Below, one piece after another: positions 43,811 through 46,909 of a stretch of 46,909 nt of DNA; position 1 is the stretch's first letter, and every line of letters starts with the position of its first letter. The stretch is from Rickettsiales bacterium. GTDB lineage: Bacteria > Pseudomonadota > Alphaproteobacteria > Rickettsiales > UBA1997. The DNA is taken from the NCBI GenBank assembly GCA_947441695.1, contig CANEUK010000001.1, positions 1 through 46,909 of the forward strand, read 5' to 3'. The notes under the pieces were generated by a model that was not told the origin of the DNA, ran no database searches, and worked only from the letters and a program-made list of their open reading frames with translations. The position numbers and the translations under genes were made by a program.

Positions 43811-43891
43811 ACCAAAGTCTTTTGGACTTCGATATATTTTAATTTTTTACGCCGAATTAGCGGCGCCCCCCCAATTAAAATTATAAATTTA

Positions 43892-44677
43892 ATGCCAATT
43901 CACCACAAAAGAGCTAAAATTTATTCTGTTGTTAATCAAAAAGGCGGTGTGGGAAAAACTACTACCGCAATCAACGTAGCAGCTGCTTTTGCTTCAATGA
44001 AAAAAAAAGTTTTACTAATTGATTCTGATCCCCAAGGCAATGCCAGCACTGGATTTGGAATAGCTCAATCTCAAAGGCAAAAAACGATTTACGAACTTTT
44101 AATCGGCGAATGTCATATTTTAGACACAATAATTCCAACCAAAACTCCAAATCTAAAAATCATCACTTCTACAGTTGATTTATCGGCTTGTGAAATTGAA
44201 TTGGCCAACATTAGCAAAAGAGAGTTTTTGTTGCGCCAAGCTATCAAATCGATAATTTTTGATTACAATTATATCATAATAGATTGTCCTCCTTCACTTG
44301 GTCTTTTGACCATAAACGTCTTAACCGCTTCTGACTCGGTTTTGATTCCGATGCAATGTGAGTTTTTTTCGCTCGAGGGTCTTAGTCATTTACTCACAAC
44401 TCTAGATTTGATAAAGGAAAACCTAAATCACGAGTTAAAAATAGGTGGAATAATTCTAACCATGCGCGACATGCGCAATAAACTAACTCAACAAGTCGAG
44501 ATTGACGTGCGCAGTTTTCTAAAAGAAAAAGTTTTTAAAAACTCTATTCCAAGAAATGTTAGATTGTCCGAGGCTCCTTCTTATGGCATTCCGGGAATAT
44601 TTTATGATTCAAAATGCTTGGGTTCAAAGTCTTATATGAAGCTTGCTAAAGAAATTTTACAAAAAGAATCCAAATAA
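43892..44677 (+). CDS. parA: Chromosome partitioning ATPase ParA/Soj
   Basis: NQKGGVGKTTT, LLIDSDPQGNAS and IIIDCPPSLG. A parB gene directly follows. Confidence 0.93.
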   Translation: MPIHHKRAKIYSVVNQKGGVGKTTTAINVAAAFASMKKKVLLIDSDPQGNASTGFGIAQSQRQKTIYELLIGECHILDTIIPTKTPNLKIITSTVDLSACEIELANISKREFLLRQAIKSIIFDYNYIIIDCPPSLGLLTINVLTASDSVLIPMQCEFFSLEGLSHLLTTLDLIKENLNHELKIGGIILTMRDMRNKLTQQVEIDVRSFLKEKVFKNSIPRNVRLSEAPSYGIPGIFYDSKCLGSKSYMKLAKEILQKESK

Positions 44678-44688
44678 TTTAAAGAAAT

Positions 44689-45597
44689 ATGACAGAGAAT
44701 AATCAGGAGCAAAAATTGGGCAGAGGTCTTTTGGCTCTAATTGGAGACAGTAAGTCAAAAAAAGAAACATTGCGAGATTTAGACCAAAATTTTAAAAAAA
44801 TTGAGTCAATTAATCTCGATCAAATTATTGCTGGGGTTTATCAACCAAGAAAAAATTTTGATAAAACTGAATTACAAGAATTAGCTGATTCTATCAAAGA
44901 AAATGGACTAATTCAGCCGATAATTTTGCGAAAAGTTTCTGACGAAGATCGTTATGAAATAATTGCTGGAGAGCGTAGATTTCGTGCCGCAAAATTGGCC
45001 GAACTAAAAGAAATTCCTTCAATTGTAAAAAAAATTAATAATCACGAAGCCCTAGAGTTGGCGATTATTGAAAATATCCAAAGAACCGACTTATCTTTAA
45101 TTGAAGAAGCTAGCGGTTACCAACAATTGATGGTGGAATTTTCTTATAAACAAGATCAGGTTGCTAAAAAAATTGGTAAAAGTCGTAGCCATGTTGCTAA
45201 TCTTTTGCGATTACTTAGTTTGCCAAAAAATGTGCAAAAATTTCTTGATAAAAAACAAATTTCAATGGGTCATGCTCGAGCCATAATTAACTCTCGCGAT
45301 CCAGAAAAGCTGGCAAAACAAATTATCGAAAATTCTTTAACTGTTCGCGATGTCGAAGATTTGGTAAGAGATGAAAAGGTTGAAAAAATTAAAAATAATC
45401 TAACTTTTGTTAAAACCGAATCAAAAATAAAACTTATTGACCCAGAATACTTAGCGTCTTTAGAAAAAAAACTTTCTGAATTAAGCCAGATGGAATCAAA
45501 AATTTCGTATAACTCTTTTAAAAATAGCGGACAAATAAAGATTAAATTTGATGATTTTAAAAAAATTAAAACACTGCTCGAAAAGCTAGAGAAATAA
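44689..45597 (+). CDS. parB: Chromosome partitioning protein ParB/Spo0J
   Basis: GLIQPIILR, IIAGERRFRAAKLA and an HTH region (QDQVAKKIGKSRSHVANLLRLL). Confidence 0.93.
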   Translation: MTENNQEQKLGRGLLALIGDSKSKKETLRDLDQNFKKIESINLDQIIAGVYQPRKNFDKTELQELADSIKENGLIQPIILRKVSDEDRYEIIAGERRFRAAKLAELKEIPSIVKKINNHEALELAIIENIQRTDLSLIEEASGYQQLMVEFSYKQDQVAKKIGKSRSHVANLLRLLSLPKNVQKFLDKKQISMGHARAIINSRDPEKLAKQIIENSLTVRDVEDLVRDEKVEKIKNNLTFVKTESKIKLIDPEYLASLEKKLSELSQMESKISYNSFKNSGQIKIKFDDFKKIKTLLEKLEK

Positions 45598-45688
45598 CGG
45601 TTTCTAACTAACTACGTGAGTTTTTGGTTTTTTTTAATCCAAAGTAATTTTATCAATCAAATAACATAAAATTCTATAGCCCACTAGC

Positions 45689-45822
45689 CCAATCTTGCAT
45701 ATTTGTAAAAAAGAAGTTTTTAAGAAAATGCGATAAAAAATAAAAGCTACATCAAGCGATGCAGCGTTATTATTCGAGTAAATTTTTACCAAAAATTTGA
45801 ATTTAGAAATATGCAAGATTGG
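45689..45822. repeat. Perfect 16-bp inverted repeat with a 102-nt spacer in the parB-hisC spacer
   Basis: CCAATCTTGCATATTT at 45689..45704 is the exact reverse complement of AAATATGCAAGATTGG at 45807..45822. Confidence 0.9.
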
Positions 45823-45854
45823 ATTGGCATGCTATTTCAACCAAAACTTCTCAA

Positions 45855-46909
45855 ATGAAACTAACAGCGCATCCATATCTTTTCGAGATTGACAATTACA
45901 AGCCAGGAAAGGCAAAAGTTGAAACTCAAAAAGTTATCAAACTTTCTTCAAATGAAAATGCTTTGGGAGCAAGCCCAAAGGCAATTGAAGCTTATAAAAA
46001 TCATGTTGAACGAGTTTTTCGTTACGCCGATGGATCTTGTTGTGACTTGCGTAATTCTATCGCGGATAAAAATGGAATTGATGCTGAAAGAATAGTTTGC
46101 GGGGCTGGTTCAGATGAAATTTTGGCATTTTTAACCGCAGCTTTTGCCAAAGCTGGCGATGAAATAATTTATAGTCAGTATGGTTTTTTAATGTATCCAA
46201 TTTCTGCCAAGCGCGTTGGCGCTAAGGCAATTGCCGTTAAAGAAAATAACTTAAAATCAGATGTTGAGGCAATTTTGGCATCAATAACAAAAAGAACAAA
46301 AATCATTTTTATTGCCAATCCCAACAACCCAACTGGTTCTTATTTAAATAAAGCGCAAATAGAAAAACTAATTAACGGAGTGCAAAAAAATATTTTGATT
46401 GTTTTGGACAATGCTTACGAAGAATTTGTTGATGAAGCTGACTATCCAAACGCAATCGAATTGGTAAATTCTAATGAAAACGTTGTTATGACTCGAACCT
46501 TTTCAAAAATTTACGGATTGGCATCGTTAAGAATTGGTTGGTGCTATTCTTCAAAATACGTTTCTGAAGCCTTAAATAAAGTTCGTGGACCTTTTAATGT
46601 TGGGGGTCCAGCCCAAGTTGCGGCGATCGCAGCTTTGCAGGATGATGACTTTTTTGAAGCCTCTAAAAATCACAATAAAAAGTGGCTGAAAATCCTTTTT
46701 GCCGAGTTTGCCAAAATTGATGGATTAAAAACCTATCCGTCAATTGCCAATTTTATTTTGCTTGATTTTGGCAACTCTGAAATTTGTCAAAAGGTGAATG
46801 AAAGTCTTTTGAAAAAAGGTGTTATTTTTCGTGAAATGACGGCTTATGGATTACCAACTTGCTTGCGCATGAGTATTGGAACCGATGAAGAAAATTTAGT
46901 AGCTTTGCA
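45855..46909 (+). CDS. hisC: Histidinol-phosphate aminotransferase; runs off the right edge
   Basis: Not in the ORF track (no stop in the window). Translation from ATG 45855 gives MKLTAHPYLFEIDNYKPGK...KLSSNENALGASPKA...IANPNNPTGSYL...TRTFSKIYGLASLRIGW..., which are class-II aminotransferase / HisC motifs including the PLP-Lys in SK. Confidence 0.9.
   Translation, partial: MKLTAHPYLFEIDNYKPGKAKVETQKVIKLSSNENALGASPKAIEAYKNHVERVFRYADGSCCDLRNSIADKNGIDAERIVCGAGSDEILAFLTAAFAKAGDEIIYSQYGFLMYPISAKRVGAKAIAVKENNLKSDVEAILASITKRTKIIFIANPNNPTGSYLNKAQIEKLINGVQKNILIVLDNAYEEFVDEADYPNAIELVNSNENVVMTRTFSKIYGLASLRIGWCYSSKYVSEALNKVRGPFNVGGPAQVAAIAALQDDDFFEASKNHNKKWLKILFAEFAKIDGLKTYPSIANFILLDFGNSEICQKVNESLLKKGVIFREMTAYGLPTCLRMSIGTDEENLVAL

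Noticed and set aside
45634-45816. 60-aa minus-strand ORF between parB and hisC.
   Set aside because: It is a low-complexity Ile/Phe/Lys-rich peptide spanning the inverted-repeat element. There is no RBS or homology signal.
45889-46095. 68-aa plus-strand ORF listed in the track.
   Set aside because: It is out of frame within hisC. The real frame starts at 45855 and stays open to the window edge with clear aminotransferase motifs.
1-46909. tRNA, rRNA and CRISPR arrays, and evidence for stop-codon reassignment.
   Set aside because: No GTTCGAATC-type T-arm or cloverleaf candidates were seen in the spacers. I saw no rRNA-like conserved blocks and no regularly spaced direct repeats. Conserved genes terminate normally at TAA, TAG or TGA, and Trp is encoded by TGG.

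Overview
This is an AT-rich bacterial chromosomal window. Gene content and the hemE and parAB context suggest an alphaproteobacterium with a streamlined, possibly host-associated genome, but that is inference only. I support about 45 protein-coding genes. I saw no rRNA, tRNA or CRISPR array by eye. Positions 1-30.6 kb are mostly housekeeping: a prepilin peptidase fragment, an NlpD-like gene, ftsY, rlmN, rph, typA, panB, an AsmA-family gene, a RodZ-like gene, murG, argF, grpE, clpPX, bolA, hemE, waaA, a UbiH-family gene, argB and purH. This stretch is interrupted by two orphan ORFs, an extracytoplasmic flavinylation module (OMP, FMN-binding protein, ApbE, cytochrome-b-like protein), an orphan TpsB transporter and a frameshifted surface OMP. 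The bolA-hemE spacer looks like oriC. Positions 30.6-32.8 kb hold a decayed accessory patch: an HsdS fragment, an orphan ParA-like ATPase, a multi-frameshifted IS1595-type transposase remnant and a possible cmk remnant. The standout is a minus-strand, co-directional, tightly packed array at 34950-42889. It runs SPFH/SHOCT protein, two zinc-ribbon DUF4178 proteins, a 45-aa ORF that the supplied ORF track does not list, DUF350, a membrane-anchored spermidine-synthase-like enzyme, a Tat-exported flavoprotein, a His-rich polytopic membrane protein and a pyruvoyl AdoMet decarboxylase. A DUF2256 / DUF3429 / FeS-type photolyase trio follows it. I read this array as a poorly characterised membrane-stress plus membrane-localised polyamine-type system. 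The 1-kb spacer between this array and parAB contains a ~180-bp imperfect inverted repeat. That repeat places the same upstream module in front of both divergent operons. The spacer also holds a parS-like site and copies of a dispersed repeat core seen elsewhere in the window. Several other intergenic spacers carry long perfect inverted repeats. hisC runs off the right edge.
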